DNA of 63,920 nucleotides, counting the filler, from Reticulomyxa filosa (taxonomy: Eukaryota; Protista; Foraminifera): NCBI GenBank assembly GCA_000512085.1. It is 19 parts of 19 records of this genome, joined end to end, with 100 filler letters (N's around TTAATTAATTAA, not from the genome) between each part and the next. Parts side by side here need not be neighbours in the genome. Positions count along the whole stretch, not along the records: positions 47,858 to 51,661 come from ASPP01009353.1; positions 51,762 to 61,488 come from ASPP01006634.1; positions 61,589 to 62,762 come from ASPP01035471.1; positions 62,863 to 63,920 come from ASPP01028553.1; 15 more parts are not named here. One strand, 5' to 3'. Numbering within the stretch: position 1 is the first letter of the stretch; every line of letters starts with the position of its first letter. This document shows, in pieces, positions 51,638-63,920 of the stretch. The notes under the pieces are model-generated. The model was given only the letters and a program-made list of their open reading frames with translations. It was not told the DNA's origin and made no database searches. A program made the translations under genes and the position numbers.

Positions 51638-54066
51638 TTTTTTTTTTTTTTTTTTTTTTTTNNNNNNNNNNNNNNNNNNNNNNNNNNNNNNNNNNNNNNN
51701 NNNNNTTAATTAATTAANNNNNNNNNNNNNNNNNNNNNNNNNNNNNNNNNNNNNNNNNNNNTCGTTTTAGGCGTTCAGTTTTCTTTGCAACCTACTGTAG
51801 TTATTCTATGCTTGTCTTCCTTCAAAATGTAACTTTTTTTTTAAAAGTTTATATCGATGGTGAATGATGTTTAAATGAATTTTTTTTAATAAAACAATTC
51901 ATCATTTTGAATCAATCGTGGAAACTAGATGTCATGATCAAAGTTGTGAAAGCAACAGCCAAGTTCGTAGTCGATACCAAGAGAAAAATTTGAACATTTG
52001 TCAAATTTCTTCAAATAAATCTCAATTTAAATTGAAATAACTTTATTGATTTTCTTTTGATTATTTTGCATAGACCTTTTGGTCATTGTAAGATTTTGTG
52101 TCTCTCTTTTGTCTTGTGTGTTCTATTTCTTAGAACGAGGTGCTCTTGTAGCTAGAAAGACCTGAGTTTGTGCAAGTAGATATTGCAAAAAGTATTGATT
52201 GTTTATGATGAAGCGATATGGTAGTCCGACACTTGACAAGCTCCTACTGCAACTATCTAAAAAAAATGATTATGTTGTAGATTCTTTTTCAATTCTTCCA
52301 ATTTCAATCCAGTAATTTATTACTACCTAAATTCAATGCTTATATTTGTTATTTCTTGATTTCTGTATATTATCAATACACCTTAATGTTGAATGCACAT
52401 CCAATTCGCCATTATCTGTTCTCCAATTGCTACACTTGATTTGTAGCATATTGTAATGTCAGTTGATGATTTGGCTCCTTCTTTCATATATGATCGAATG
52501 GACTTTAGCTCATTATCTGGAAATTATTCACCAATATCATCATCTAACTACGTAGAATGATTACTTTTCTTTCAATTGTTTGATTTCATCTATTGATTTT
52601 TGCTCGGTTTTGTATTTAAGAATATTTTCATTTTTTATATCTTTTGATTGCGTAAATGCATTCTTATAGTTTTGGTAGTTTGATTTTTCTTTATTTATCT
52701 TCACTTGCTCTTTCTTTTCAATAACTTTTTTCTCACGTCGAGATAAATTTGCTACAATTACATTCCTTGTTTTTTGAATAACAGGACACACCCTTTACAT
52801 AATACACACTTCTGGAACTTAATATTCTTTCTATGATTGCATTACTATGATTTATGATTTCTTCTTCCATAATGTGCAATCTTTTTTTAAAGTATTTCTT
52901 GCATTAAATGAAATGTGTTCTTAGATGTCGTTGATACTTGTCGAAGATTATGTATCTTTTGTTCTACATTTCTCACTATGAATTTGCTGCTGTCATAAAT
53001 ATTTTGAATATTTACATTTTCCTGAAAAATAAAAAATTCCAATAATAATTTTTTATCAATTATCTTATTATACTAATTGTCGAAAATCAAAGTTTCCTAA
53101 ATGTTCGAAATTTCAAATATGAAAATATTGCTCATGCTTAACACTACAACCTTTATATCTTGAAAGAAGTCCGTTATACTGCTTGATCTCGTCTTAAAAC
53201 TTTTTCTATTCAATTGTTTTTTTGATATTTTGCATTTATGTTTTTTATTTGTTATTAATATGTGTGAGTTTTTGTTGGTTCTATTTTTCCGCTTTTTGAT
53301 TGAGATTACTCAGTCAATTGATTGTGTATGTTTCGAATATCTAGTTGCGGTTTTGCACTCTATAAAAAATTTCTTCCTGTTTTGTTTACTTAGATTTGCA
53401 TAGTAGAAGACATTGATAACGGGTCTGAACTTTTTTAATGTTGAAATAAAAAAAATGTATGACGTTGTTCATTTCTGTTTCAAAAACTCATTTTAATCAT
53501 TGAAACTAAAAAGTGTGAAATCAGACAAATGAAAGTAATTATTCCAAAATTGAATGTAAGTGTCCAATCAATTTAAAAACGTAAAAATAGAAATAGAACA
53601 CCTAAAAAAATTAATTGTTTTTGTTTGCAACACTAATCACAAAAATTGAATGCAAAACAAAGACAATACAAAAAGACCAGTTTCACATAGAAAATTTTTA
53701 CTCCTTCTCAGAGTAGGAAAAAAAGCGATTATAATTGTGGTGTAGATTTATCACAGATATGTGACAAATGGCACACAAAGCAAAGTGTTTTCTCTAAACT
53801 CCTGCAAAAGTTCCAGAAGAAAAACTAAAAATAACAACACAAAATAGAAAACAATATGATACAGAAACATATGTTAATAGTTTGTAAAACATAAACAAAA
53901 AAACAATTTAGTAAATTTTGTTTATGATAAAAGAAAACGACTTTGAGTCTCACACAATTACGTAGTTGGGTTGGCATTGTCAAACACAAATATATTTGAC
54001 AAAAAGAAGTAAGAGAAGGAAGAGAATAAAAAATAGAAAATAAAGAAATAAGTGTACACTCGTTTT

Positions 54067-56786
54067 TCAAACAAAAGGTTTGTTTTTATGTCTCGAAACA
54101 AAGCTTTTGACAATAATCTTTTCGTCTCGAGCAAACGTGCAGCCATCATGAACTTCCCAGTTGTTAATTTCCAATGGACTCATTACATTTCCTTTTCCCA
54201 AGATATTGGCAACATCGTCTGTGCGCAAACCACGTTTGTCGAATAGCCATTGTTGTGATTGAGGATGATATCGAATCACCCATTCATTTTTCGACACTTT
54301 TTTTCGATTGGCTTCACCCATCGGCGTTTCCACATTCTCAGAAACGTCATCCTCGTCTTGTCTTTCAATTTTTCTGTACCACACTCGGCCGCAATGCAAC
54401 GTGGTTTGTTTACAAAACAGCCCATTGACTTGGGAATTTATTCCTTTTCGTCCGCCCACTTTTATTATGTTGGGGGCTTCAATCAAACATAATTTTCGAA
54501 ATAAGTTGAAATCATCGAATCCGAGCAGTGTCACATCTTTATTATCGGTGATTCCTTCGCTTGTGTTTTTTTCACTCAAGCGCCAAACCTATGCAGCATC
54601 ACAGATCACATCTTGCATTGCAAAAAAAAAGAAACGTATACGATGAGAGTCCAAACTGCTTTGCAAGGATTTCTAGTATTGCTCGCAGCACAAAGAGAAC
54701 TACATTTGGCAATGACAATAAATTTCTGATCACACTCTTTGCCATTGACATTTGTGAAGAAAGAAAGTCATGGACGATAATGCCATTGATACTGCTGCTG
54801 CGACAACTACTGGTATCGTCATCAAGATCGAGTAACTTTGATTTGTTCTTATTGTGGATTTGGGCTTTGACAAATACCCATTTGAGATCTGGATGCCAAC
54901 GAATAACATAGTCTTCATTATATCGCTTTCGATACACAGCATGGCCACAAAGTACAAATTCCTCGCGTTGATAAATGCCATTGAGTTGCCATATGTCCTT
55001 CTTCTCATTGTCGTTGTTATTGTTATTGTTATTGTTATTGTCATTGTCATTGTCATTGTGATAATGATTGTCAGTGGCAAATCCAGTGACATAAATCGAA
55101 CTTGGTGTAGTCATCATTGTTTCTGTCCACGCGAATTGTATTTCGCTGTGACGAATCACCTCGCTTTGTAAGTGCAATCTCAAACTGGACTCATCCCCGC
55201 AATAGTCACATCCGCACTTGGAAAAAGGGCAATTGATCGTCGCGCCGGGCACTTGAGCCACATTTGACGTCTTGCAAATTTGACTGACAGAGCGCTTGGC
55301 TTCACAGACATCTTGTGACGGAAGAGGGGAACTCTTGTCTCTATCGTCGCCGTTGTCATCCACGTTGTCGAAGAACTCCATTTTGTCAATGATCTCTTTC
55401 ATCGGATCGGACTTGGAACAGCTCATCTATGTAAAGTGTGATTGTCGATGAACCACATGTGCACACAGAAAGAAAGAGAGAGAGAAAAAGAAACAGAGAA
55501 AGTACAGGAGTCGAAAGGAGATCCAAAGAGATTGTTTTTGCATTTGCATCGACAGTGACATTGGAGGAATGGGTGTGACGTCTTTTAATAGAAATGGGCA
55601 GCTTTTTATTCGCAGCGTCCAACAGCGATAACGACGGCGAAGAAGAACGTGGCCACGATGACGATGATGGCAATATCTCTTTGATCGAATGCGAATTGGC
55701 TCCAACGTGAGCATTGAACGACGTCGTCTGTGGCATTTGTAACCATTGCGTTTTGTGTTTGGATTTGATACGCACGTTCGATTTGGAATGTTCGTTGACA
55801 ATGACGTCGTGTCCGCAGTGCAATATGTGTTCCTTGTTGTACATGCACAACGAGCCGGTCCATGCACAAACGGAGTAATTGGCACAGCGAACAGTATATT
55901 GTTGGATCATTTGACGAATGGTATGAACGGCATGATAGGCGATGTCGTTTGTATGCACGGCCTTGTTGTCGTGGGAGCCGTTCTTGCAACACACCGGACA
56001 TAATTGTCTCCCGTCGCATTTGGCGTTGAAAAAATCAAGCAGACATTGCTCGCAGCAAAGCAGGAAATTGTGTTGCTCACACGTGATTTCGACGGCATTC
56101 TTTGCAACCGCACTACACAAAATACACAAATACGACTCGTCCACTCTGTCCAAAAATATATCTTTAGGATATCCCTTGGCGCACGCATTGCCACCCTTCA
56201 TTTCCGTTAACAAAAAGGGTGATGTTTTGTGGTTTTTGTGAACAATCAGTTTTGATGACTGCGACTGCAATTGCGATTGCGATTGCATCACGTTCAATGC
56301 ACTGTGTCCTTTCGACTCCAACAATGTCGGCTTTTCTATTATTTGCTTTTCACCGCCACTCAGATACGCAAATAGATCCGGAATCGTCTTCAATGGAACC
56401 CAATTTGGTGCCTTCAGTGCGTTCCACAAGTAATGTCCATCTCGCACTTCTCCTTTCATATACAGTTTTTTCAATTCATTGACATCGATCGGCCCACTTG
56501 TGCTGCCCCTTTTGTTCACATAATACCATCCGTCCTCTATTTCTTGCAATGCTTTGTACACGTCGTCCTCTTTACTCGGCGTGAGCGAAGAGGCACTCGA
56601 CAACACTTCGTTGCTGGGAGACACTCGTTGGTTCACAAGTCCCGCTTGCTCGCTTTCACAAGACGACGGCTTTCGGCTCAGAATTTCAAAAAGTGGGCCG
56701 AAGGAATGAGTTATTATCTTCTCATCTGGCTTTCTATTTTTATCATTGATTTTCGCAATACGAGGAGGTGGCTGCTTGCGAAACAT
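54067..56786 (-). CDS. GYF_2 + RING + TRAF-type Zn fingers + duplicated C-terminal beta domain (putative E3 ligase; multi-exon, true start may be upstream)
   Basis: WYYV....SGP....LK.LY..G.V.....W.....W.PL; CILC..C..H..CCEQC..CPVC; C...C.W.G...H...C and CPF..CGC.......HL; two NG.(Y/F)....CG...YRK...VIR(W/Y)HP repeats. Confidence 0.75.
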
Positions 56787-57194
56787 GCTGATTTTTCGGG
56801 ATTTTTGTAGTAATTTTTCTTTCGGTGGTTTTCCTGGCTCTATGTTTGTTTTCTTTGTCCAATTTTTCTTGCTTGTCTACTGTATATGTATTTTGGTCTT
56901 TATGTCAGTACTTTCTAAATTGCAATAGCTCATTACCAGTGATCGGAACTTGTAGCTTTTCGTGAATTCAACTTAGTTCATTTGCGAATAGTGAAAAAAA
57001 ACATCCAAAAGAGGAATTATAATTCGCTTTTCTTAAAAGACAAAAGCAATGTCACTATTTGTAAAAATTGGTATTACGCAGATGCATCAATAGGTAAATT
57101 CGTTTTCCTTGTTGAGGATAGCACTTGTGCTTGCATAAGGTAGGGATAACTAGTTTTGAACTAAGGACTGGAAAGGGGGTAAATTTGGGAATCG

Positions 57195-59693
57195 GTGTCT
57201 ATCGAAATGTCTCGTTTTAGTTTTAATGCAGCTAAGATTCATTATGATGAAAGTACGCACACTTGCAAGGTGCAACTGCATTCACAAGAGTCGTTGTCAT
57301 TTCATGGTTCAGTACGTCTGTCAGTACTGGAGGGACAGGTTGAAGTAAATGGATATGTGATAGACTCTGCAAAAGATAAGCAAAGTCATAACTTGCACGC
57401 CTTTGTAAAAGACTTGATGGGCCATTCATTGCGAATATCGAACAAAAGCCAAGCAAAAAGTGTGATCATGCTACATTCCGTTGTATCACCGATAACCAAT
57501 GACGAGGGTAGCTGCGACCCAATATTTCGCATACAAGGTTGTTATGTGGAATATGACATACAAAAGGACATTCCAAAGAAATCGGAGCTTGCAAAACTAA
57601 TTACGAAAGACAAACGGGCACAAATAATGAAATTGACTGCAAGTCAGTGTCCATTGCTCGACAACCAGTGGGCGTCGTGTGTTCATAGTATCATTGAAAG
57701 AGAACAACAGAAATCCAATCGAAATTTTGTCACAATGATATGCGGTATACCGAGCTCGGGCAAGTCGACCTTTTGTACGTATTTTATTAATTCTCTGTTG
57801 AATCATTATCCGCACGTTTACTGTTTGGACGGAAATTTGGGCCAGCCTATATTTGCCCCGCCAGGTTGAACTTCAAAAAAAAAAAAGGGTATCTCTTTCA
57901 CGTTCACCGTGAGAAGGGATTTGGGGGGGGGGGGGGGATGAATGAAATGAAACACATTTGTAAAAAATGAATAGGAGTGATCAGTTTAGTGAAAGTGACG
58001 AAACCAGTGTTTGGTTCGAGTTTAACGCGACCATTGCACGACAATGAAGGCGTGACGTTGTGTGACAGCTATTACCTTGGCACGCATAGTCCCCATTCGA
58101 ATCCGCGATTGTATCTGCATTGTTTGTTACGACTGCACGGCGTGTTTTGCGGAACTAACCGCAACGGCGAATTGGAACGCGAGTTGGATGCCCCGTTGGT
58201 GATCAACAGCAATGGCTGGACCAATCGACTTGGCGCGAAGCTGTTGAAACTTGCCATTTCACAAATGATGTGCGACCACCTGATTGAAATGCAAGACGCC
58301 AACAATCTGTTATTCCGCGGAGAAGAATTTTCCTCCATTGGAGAGACCAAAGACATGTTCATATTGCCCAAATCGTCCCCAGTCAATAACGACGATAGCA
58401 ATCTGCAAACACCTGCCAAGGAGACGCTATTCGATGAATTGAGTTTCGATGTGTTCTCTTTGCTTCAAATCAATGCACACGCGCTTTCTTATTTATGTTT
58501 GTGTATGTGTGTGTTTGATAAAAGATTTATCGAATTGGTTCAAGAAGATGACAGGAGACGAGGGGGAGCTGCGTGTCAAATCGTATGATGAATTGACACC
58601 CGTCCAAAAATGGTGGCTCGACAAACTGCCTCGTCTCATGGACTTATATTTCAATATCTCTTCCTTGGAGTTCAATGATCAATGGTACAACTTCGAATGG
58701 AGCAAACCCGATGTTCACGATGCCAACGCCGATAAAAATCAATCGAAAGACGAACAGCTTCCAATACAGGACCTGTTGCTGTTTCGTGCATTCATGCATG
58801 CTCAAGTACATTACTTGTTCTCTTTCTCCAAAGTCAAAGAGATGACGCTCTCTGATAAGCAAACGGCTCTTTCGTTGAGCACTCATATACCCACCGACAT
58901 TGAGAGATTTCACATCAAACAAACCGATTTAACCGATACTGATCTCGAAAAACTTCGTCAAAGGGCCTCCAAAAGAGAATCGAGTACTGTAGCTCTCATC
59001 AATTACTTTTTACAAAATTGGCAGATCCCATTTCCGGCTGTACATCTCTTACAAATGAAATGCTATGAAATTCGATTGGATGACGTCTTTCTTCATTTTA
59101 TGGATCACAACAATCTGGATCAACGACTCGTTTTGCATGCTCTCAATGGAGCCATTGTTGGCATTGGCAAATGCAATTATATTAAAAAAGCCTCTGTGTT
59201 TGATTTGAAGGAACAACAGAAACACGATGATGGTGATGATAATGATCATACAAATGATAATCATGGCGATAGTGAAATGATTTGTGATAAATCTCCAAAA
59301 AAATCCAAAATGGTATCAACACAATGCTATTCCCTGCACTTGATTTCGAGTAAGATTGATGACAAATGTTGCAAAAGCATCCGTTGCTTTGGACTGGGAA
59401 TTATTCGAAGTATCAATGTAGTCAAACAGCGAATGTATATTATTACACCCATACCAAAAGACGTCTTGAATCTCCACTGCAATGTCTTACTTCGGGGAAC
59501 TGTTTCAACACCTCCAATCTTGCAATTCCAGGTTTGTTTTATTGCTTTATCTCTTTTTTGTTTACTATTACAACATAATGCCAGAAAATAACAATTAATC
59601 AAATATAAACAGGAAAAAATGATTGCCATGAGCGATTACGTTTGTCACGTCCCACCCACACGAAATGAGCGTGTTTTGCGATCCTCAACCTAA
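57195..59693 (+). CDS. NOL9: NOL9/Grc3 (Clp1-family) polynucleotide 5'-kinase homolog
   Basis: MICGIPSSGKSTF...INSLL...LDGNLGQP.F.PPG-.ISL...P; PLVINSNGW; ALNGAIVG; CFGLGIIRSI....YIITP. Confidence 0.88.
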
Positions 59694-60242
59694 TTCATTA
59701 AAACAGTACAAACGCATGGTCTTTGATTTATTGTGTAAAAATTGAAACGAGTTTTTAAGGAAAGCACATGTGATTAGATAAAAATTCTCACATGTTTTCT
59801 TGTGTTATCTTTTTCAATGGAAAACCAATATTCTCTGAATTAAAAAGTGATTATTAGATGACCTTATAAAATGATAAATATCCGAACAGTGTAAATGAGC
59901 ACATATATTCCTTCTATTTTTTAAGACTTCAACAATTTTTCCAATTACGCTACACAAAACACATATTTGTGCTCGTCAAATGGTCCAAGTTACTCGTATC
60001 ACAATAATTTTTAGCTCAAAAAAGTGCTACATCTAACATTTTTCCAATATCAGCGTTTTTTTGTTTGCTGATAATGTAACAAACTTCTATTTGTTTAGCG
60101 TATACGATACAGGCCAGAGGACAATAAAAAAATTGGAGTCTTTTTTTTTTGTGATTGGTTTTGGCTAAGACACAGCCGGTAGAAAAGAATTGAAAAAAGT
60201 AACATTTGAATACGTGACAATTACATATTGCAATAAAAGAGG

Positions 60243-61025
60243 TTAATGGCTGCGATGCAAAGGACACACATTAGCATTGTAGCCACCTTTCCTTTGTTTG
60301 ATTTCAATCCACTTATCAATGCATTCCGTATGAAATTTACATTTACACATAAATGGAGTTTTAACACGACATTCGATTTCCAATACCTCCAAACAAATGT
60401 TACATAGGCTTTGATTGTCACCGTATGTTCCAATTTGTTCACTTGAAAAACTGCGATCGTAGAAATGTTCTGCTCTCTCGTTTGTGTAGGTATTTGCTTG
60501 TCTATTGTCAATGTTTTCTGGCTGATAAAAATGGCCATTCCGTGGCATTGCTTGAGTATTTGCATAGCTCTGGTGTTCTGCTATTTCAATTCTTTGAATT
60601 GCGTAAGCATATTCCAAACTTTCTGCTTCGGCCATGTCTTTATTTTGATTCCGTTCGGTTATGTTTGATTTTTTTTGTTTGACCTCTTTGTCCAAAGTTT
60701 TGACTTTCTTTTTTTTTGATGTCTTTTTTTTTGATGTCTTTTTTTTGGAATTTTTCTTAGGCTTTTTGTTTATTGTTCGTTCGTGCTTTTCAGCTCGTGA
60801 TATATTATATGCTGCCACAAACTTTAATTTAATTATTGGTGTAAACCTCAGTTCCTCGCATATCTCTCTGATGTCGTCTTTGGTTCCTTCTAATATTGCC
60901 TCCACCGTCATATTATGTTTGCTCAGCTCTTTTAAGACTTCCGGCTCAAACAAATTATTTTCTGTCAACCATTCTTTTAATAATTTTAACTCTGCCATCT
61001 CGTGTTGCAGAAGATTTTGTTTCAC
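60243..61025 (-). CDS. SAM-like + RING-H2-like protein
   Basis: LKEWLTENNL...DDIREICEEL...IKLKF; CNICLE...CKCKFHTECIDKW...CPLH. Confidence 0.75.
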   Translation of the reverse strand: MKQNLLQHEMAELKLLKEWLTENNLFEPEVLKELSKHNMTVEAILEGTKDDIREICEELRFTPIIKLKFVAAYNISRAEKHERTINKKPKKNSKKKTSKKKTSKKKKVKTLDKEVKQKKSNITERNQNKDMAEAESLEYAYAIQRIEIAEHQSYANTQAMPRNGHFYQPENIDNRQANTYTNERAEHFYDRSFSSEQIGTYGDNQSLCNICLEVLEIECRVKTPFMCKCKFHTECIDKWIEIKQRKGGYNANVCPLHRSH

Positions 61026-61439
61026 CTTTTTTTTCTCGCATCTTTAAGTTTTTAAGTTTCGTGGTATTTTTGCAAAAACATCAATGGCGTTTGTTGGTTG
61101 TACTTATACTTCGACAATGATATATTTTCTTTAGTTTTGTGCGTTAACATTTTTGCTTCATCTTCCAAGAACATATTTTCAGCTTAACAAAATATAACTT
61201 CTGCTTACTGTTACAATTTGAAAATTTTTAAACGGTATCAGTTCCATCAATAAAAGTATTTTTAAAGTTTATAAAAAAGTAAACAGATTTACTTTTTTTA
61301 AACTGTTGTATGTTTTTTTTAGAAAGTTCATCAAGGACTAATCCTGAATACAAGTTGGCACACCGTCATAAAATAGGACATTGCGCACTTAAAAAGAAAA
61401 AAACAAACAAAACAAAAACTAAACTAACTAATCACTCAT

Positions 61440-61488
61440 TGTAGGGAAAGTCACTACATTACATCCTTAAATACTAACGGAACGGTGG
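61440..61488 (+). mobile_element. 5' end of a solo-LTR-like repeat copy, cut by contig end
   Basis: TGTAGGGAAAGTC...TACTAACGGAACGGTGG matches 62623-62671. Confidence 0.75.
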
Positions 61489-62622
61489 NNNNNNNNNNNN
61501 NNNNNNNNNNNNNNNNNNNNNNNNNNNNNNNNTTAATTAATTAANNNNNNNNNNNNNNNNNNNNNNNNNNNNNNNNNNNNNNNNNNNNACATTTTTACTT
61601 CTTCTCTTTGCCTCTTCATTAAATTTGATAAATTTAGTAAACATAAAAATTATTTTGTGTACGCAAAATTGGAATTGATGATGAAACATTTCATTTTACT
61701 TTTGAATGATCAAAAAGTCAACAAAGTGAGTTGATGTATTTGACTTTCTAGCACAATTGATCACACTGTTGATTTAATGGTAATGAGTTTATCAAAAAAG
61801 CCGTATTATTACAATTGTGGGAGGAAATTTTTAAAAAATGTGATAATGGAGCACATATCCACATGTTAAATGTTTTTTTTTATTAGCTACTTCTATCTAT
61901 ATCCCTAGCTTGTTCGCGAAAATGTGTTAACAATTATTCGTTTGATCACAACATAGTTGGAGTCGCAATGAGATTGGGGCAACATCTTCTAAATCGATAC
62001 TGCGATCATGGTATTGACAGCAAACTCCCCATGTGCTTTTCACAAAGAAAAAGGGTTACCACAGCGATTATGACAAGTTGTCGACATATCCAGTGCCAAA
62101 CAAATAAAGTTTGGAAAAACAAAGCTATTGATCTTCGTTGTGTAGCATAGACTGGCATTTTTGAATTTTTTTTACTTATACAATTGTCTATTGTAACATT
62201 TTTTTTTGTTCAATAAGATACAAAGGACATAATTCATCAAAATGACTCGTTGCGCACAAAACCCCCTTCTAAGCCAATCTTGTATATTTGATTAGTCGTT
62301 TCCTTTTGTTGTTTTTTCCAAAGTAAACAAAATAACCTTTTCAAAAATAATGTGTATTCAAATAATTTTTAGTGCTTCTTCCCGTGCTAGTAAATATTCC
62401 AATGATCTTTCCAATATAATATATAATTATATATTATTATGAGTTTGTATCATATTAATTGAGACTATTTAAATTTATAACCAATCAATTTTTTGCATGC
62501 ACTCTTACCTTAATGTCAGGCAAGAATGCAAATTCTTGCTTAGCTACAATAAAATTATTTGTGTATATAAAAAAAAATATTAAATAACTGATTGTGAAAA
62601 AAGTAAAACAAACTTTTCATAT

Positions 62623-62762
62623 TGTAGGGGAAGTCCCTATTATAAATCCCCAACTACTAACGGAACGGTGGGACCCCCATTGGGTTAAAACTCTCTTCTC
62701 AACACAACTCACTTTTCACTCGTTGTACTTGTTTCTTTCATTTTAGTTGTTATTATTCTTTT
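62623..62762 (+). mobile_element. Solo-LTR-like repeat copy, cut by contig end
   Basis: TGTAGGGGAAGTCCCTATTATAAAT...ACGGTGGGACCCCC..GGGTTAAAAC..CAACACAACTCAC; homologous to the 29.9-30.0 kb and 61.44 kb copies. Confidence 0.8.
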
Positions 62763-63705
62763 NNNNNNNNNNNNNNNNNNNNNNNNNNNNNNNNNNNNNN
62801 NNNNNNTTAATTAATTAANNNNNNNNNNNNNNNNNNNNNNNNNNNNNNNNNNNNNNNNNNNNTTTAGTGGAAAATGCAACTCAATATACAACAAGTGAAA
62901 AAGAATATATTATCATTATTTTTGAAAATAGTAAAAGTATTGAGATGTAATGTTAAGTAACATATATTAATACACTTTATTTCTCTTTCTCTTTTCTGTC
63001 TGTCTCTGATATGCTAATATAAGAAGGTATCTCACATTTGATTAATATAAAACAAAATAGCATTAAGAAGCGAATGAATATCGTCTCTAATCAAGTGAAA
63101 CAGCCTCAGATAACGATGCTTGCAGTTTTACAATCAAAAGGGCCTGGTTGTGCGATCCTTTGATCAAGTGAAAAAGAAAAGAGCGTAAGGAAAGATACTT
63201 GTTTATTCCACCAATAACTCAACAAAATTCAATTATCGACATTTAAAAAATTAAATATTCAATCTAAAATTTTGTAATTTTTGATTTTGATTGTTTTTTG
63301 TTTAAAAACATTATCTGTTTTTCTGGAGATTTCCAAATTGATTGAACATCTAAATTACTCAAAGCATTCGAAAAAATATTTGCAGAGATCATATTTCAAG
63401 AAGCATTGTGAATCCATTTAATTTTTTTATATGAAAGTCTTAACAAAAACAATCTTTAAAAAGCACAAATCATGTTGAACTCACACACCAAAATTTACGT
63501 CGTCAAGATTAGTTTAAATTGTTCGGCCTATCTTTAAAAAAAAACTTTCTCTCTACACAAACTAGATGTTTGACAACGTAATCTACAAAGCGTTGAAAAA
63601 ATGAAATGATAAAAATGGAATGTTGTCAAAGAAAAAATAAAATTGAAATTGATTTTTATCAAAATAAATTAAAAACGCACCAAAAATTTCAAATACATAA
63701 TAGAA

Positions 63706-63920
63706 AAGAAATAATGAGATTACATGGACATTTATCTACAATATGGAGTATAAATATCTCTCCAAATAATAATACAATTGTCTCATGTTCATCTGATAAA
63801 ACAATAAGATTATGGAATATACATAATGGAAATGAGATAAAACAATTTATAGGTCATTCACATGGTGTAAACAGTGCACAATTTTCATCTGATGGTGAAA
63901 TGATTGTATCATCAGCTATC
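63706..63920 (+). CDS. WD40-repeat protein (runs off window end)
   Basis: LHGHLSTIWSINISP..IVSCSSDKTIRLWN...FIGHSHGVNSAQFSSDG. Confidence 0.85.

Noticed and set aside
34830-61025. Apparent clustering of SAM, RING, Ubl and PUB genes as one system
   Set aside because: They lie on different contigs joined arbitrarily, so co-occurrence reflects family expansion rather than linkage.
4988-62862. Regularly recurring TTAATTAATTAA motif flanked by Ns, superficially array-like
   Set aside because: Artificial concatenation linker, not biological.

Overview
This window is not prokaryotic and not contiguous. It consists of 19 short eukaryotic contig pieces joined by 18 artificial 100-nt spacers (N44-TTAATTAATTAA-N44), so adjacency across spacers carries no meaning. 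The DNA is AT-rich with short spliceosomal introns, poly-A/poly-T tracts and Asn homopolymers. A WD40 family with the signature 'NSIGVIGGNGYTICSGS' points, from recall, to the foraminiferan Reticulomyxa filosa or a close rhizarian (inference). Recognisable genes, many truncated by contig ends: RPL35A, GlnRS, alpha-SNAP, DNA Pol epsilon, an AGC kinase, a NOL9/Grc3-like kinase, an ABCG transporter, a SUC/SLC45-like transporter, a TRP-like channel, a GT92-like glycosyltransferase, an RRM+PABC protein, a MICAL-like flavoprotein, and Kelch, WD40, PH, C2H2, SAM-RING, GYF-RING-TRAF and CUE-PUB proteins, plus a kinesin pseudogene. The most interesting signal is an intein/Hint C-terminal splicing motif (VYNF..DGHNFFADDVLVHN) between a ubiquitin-like domain and a KGG-Zn-domain tail at ~44.6 kb, with a possible second decayed Hint domain at ~15.6 kb. 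Other notable signals are a dispersed TGTAG...CTACA solo-LTR-like family (one copy with a 4-bp TSD), a 140-bp palindrome, 3' splice sites preceded by poly-A instead of pyrimidines, a structured RPL35A intron, and a NOL9 homolog with Asn at the catalytic Asp position.
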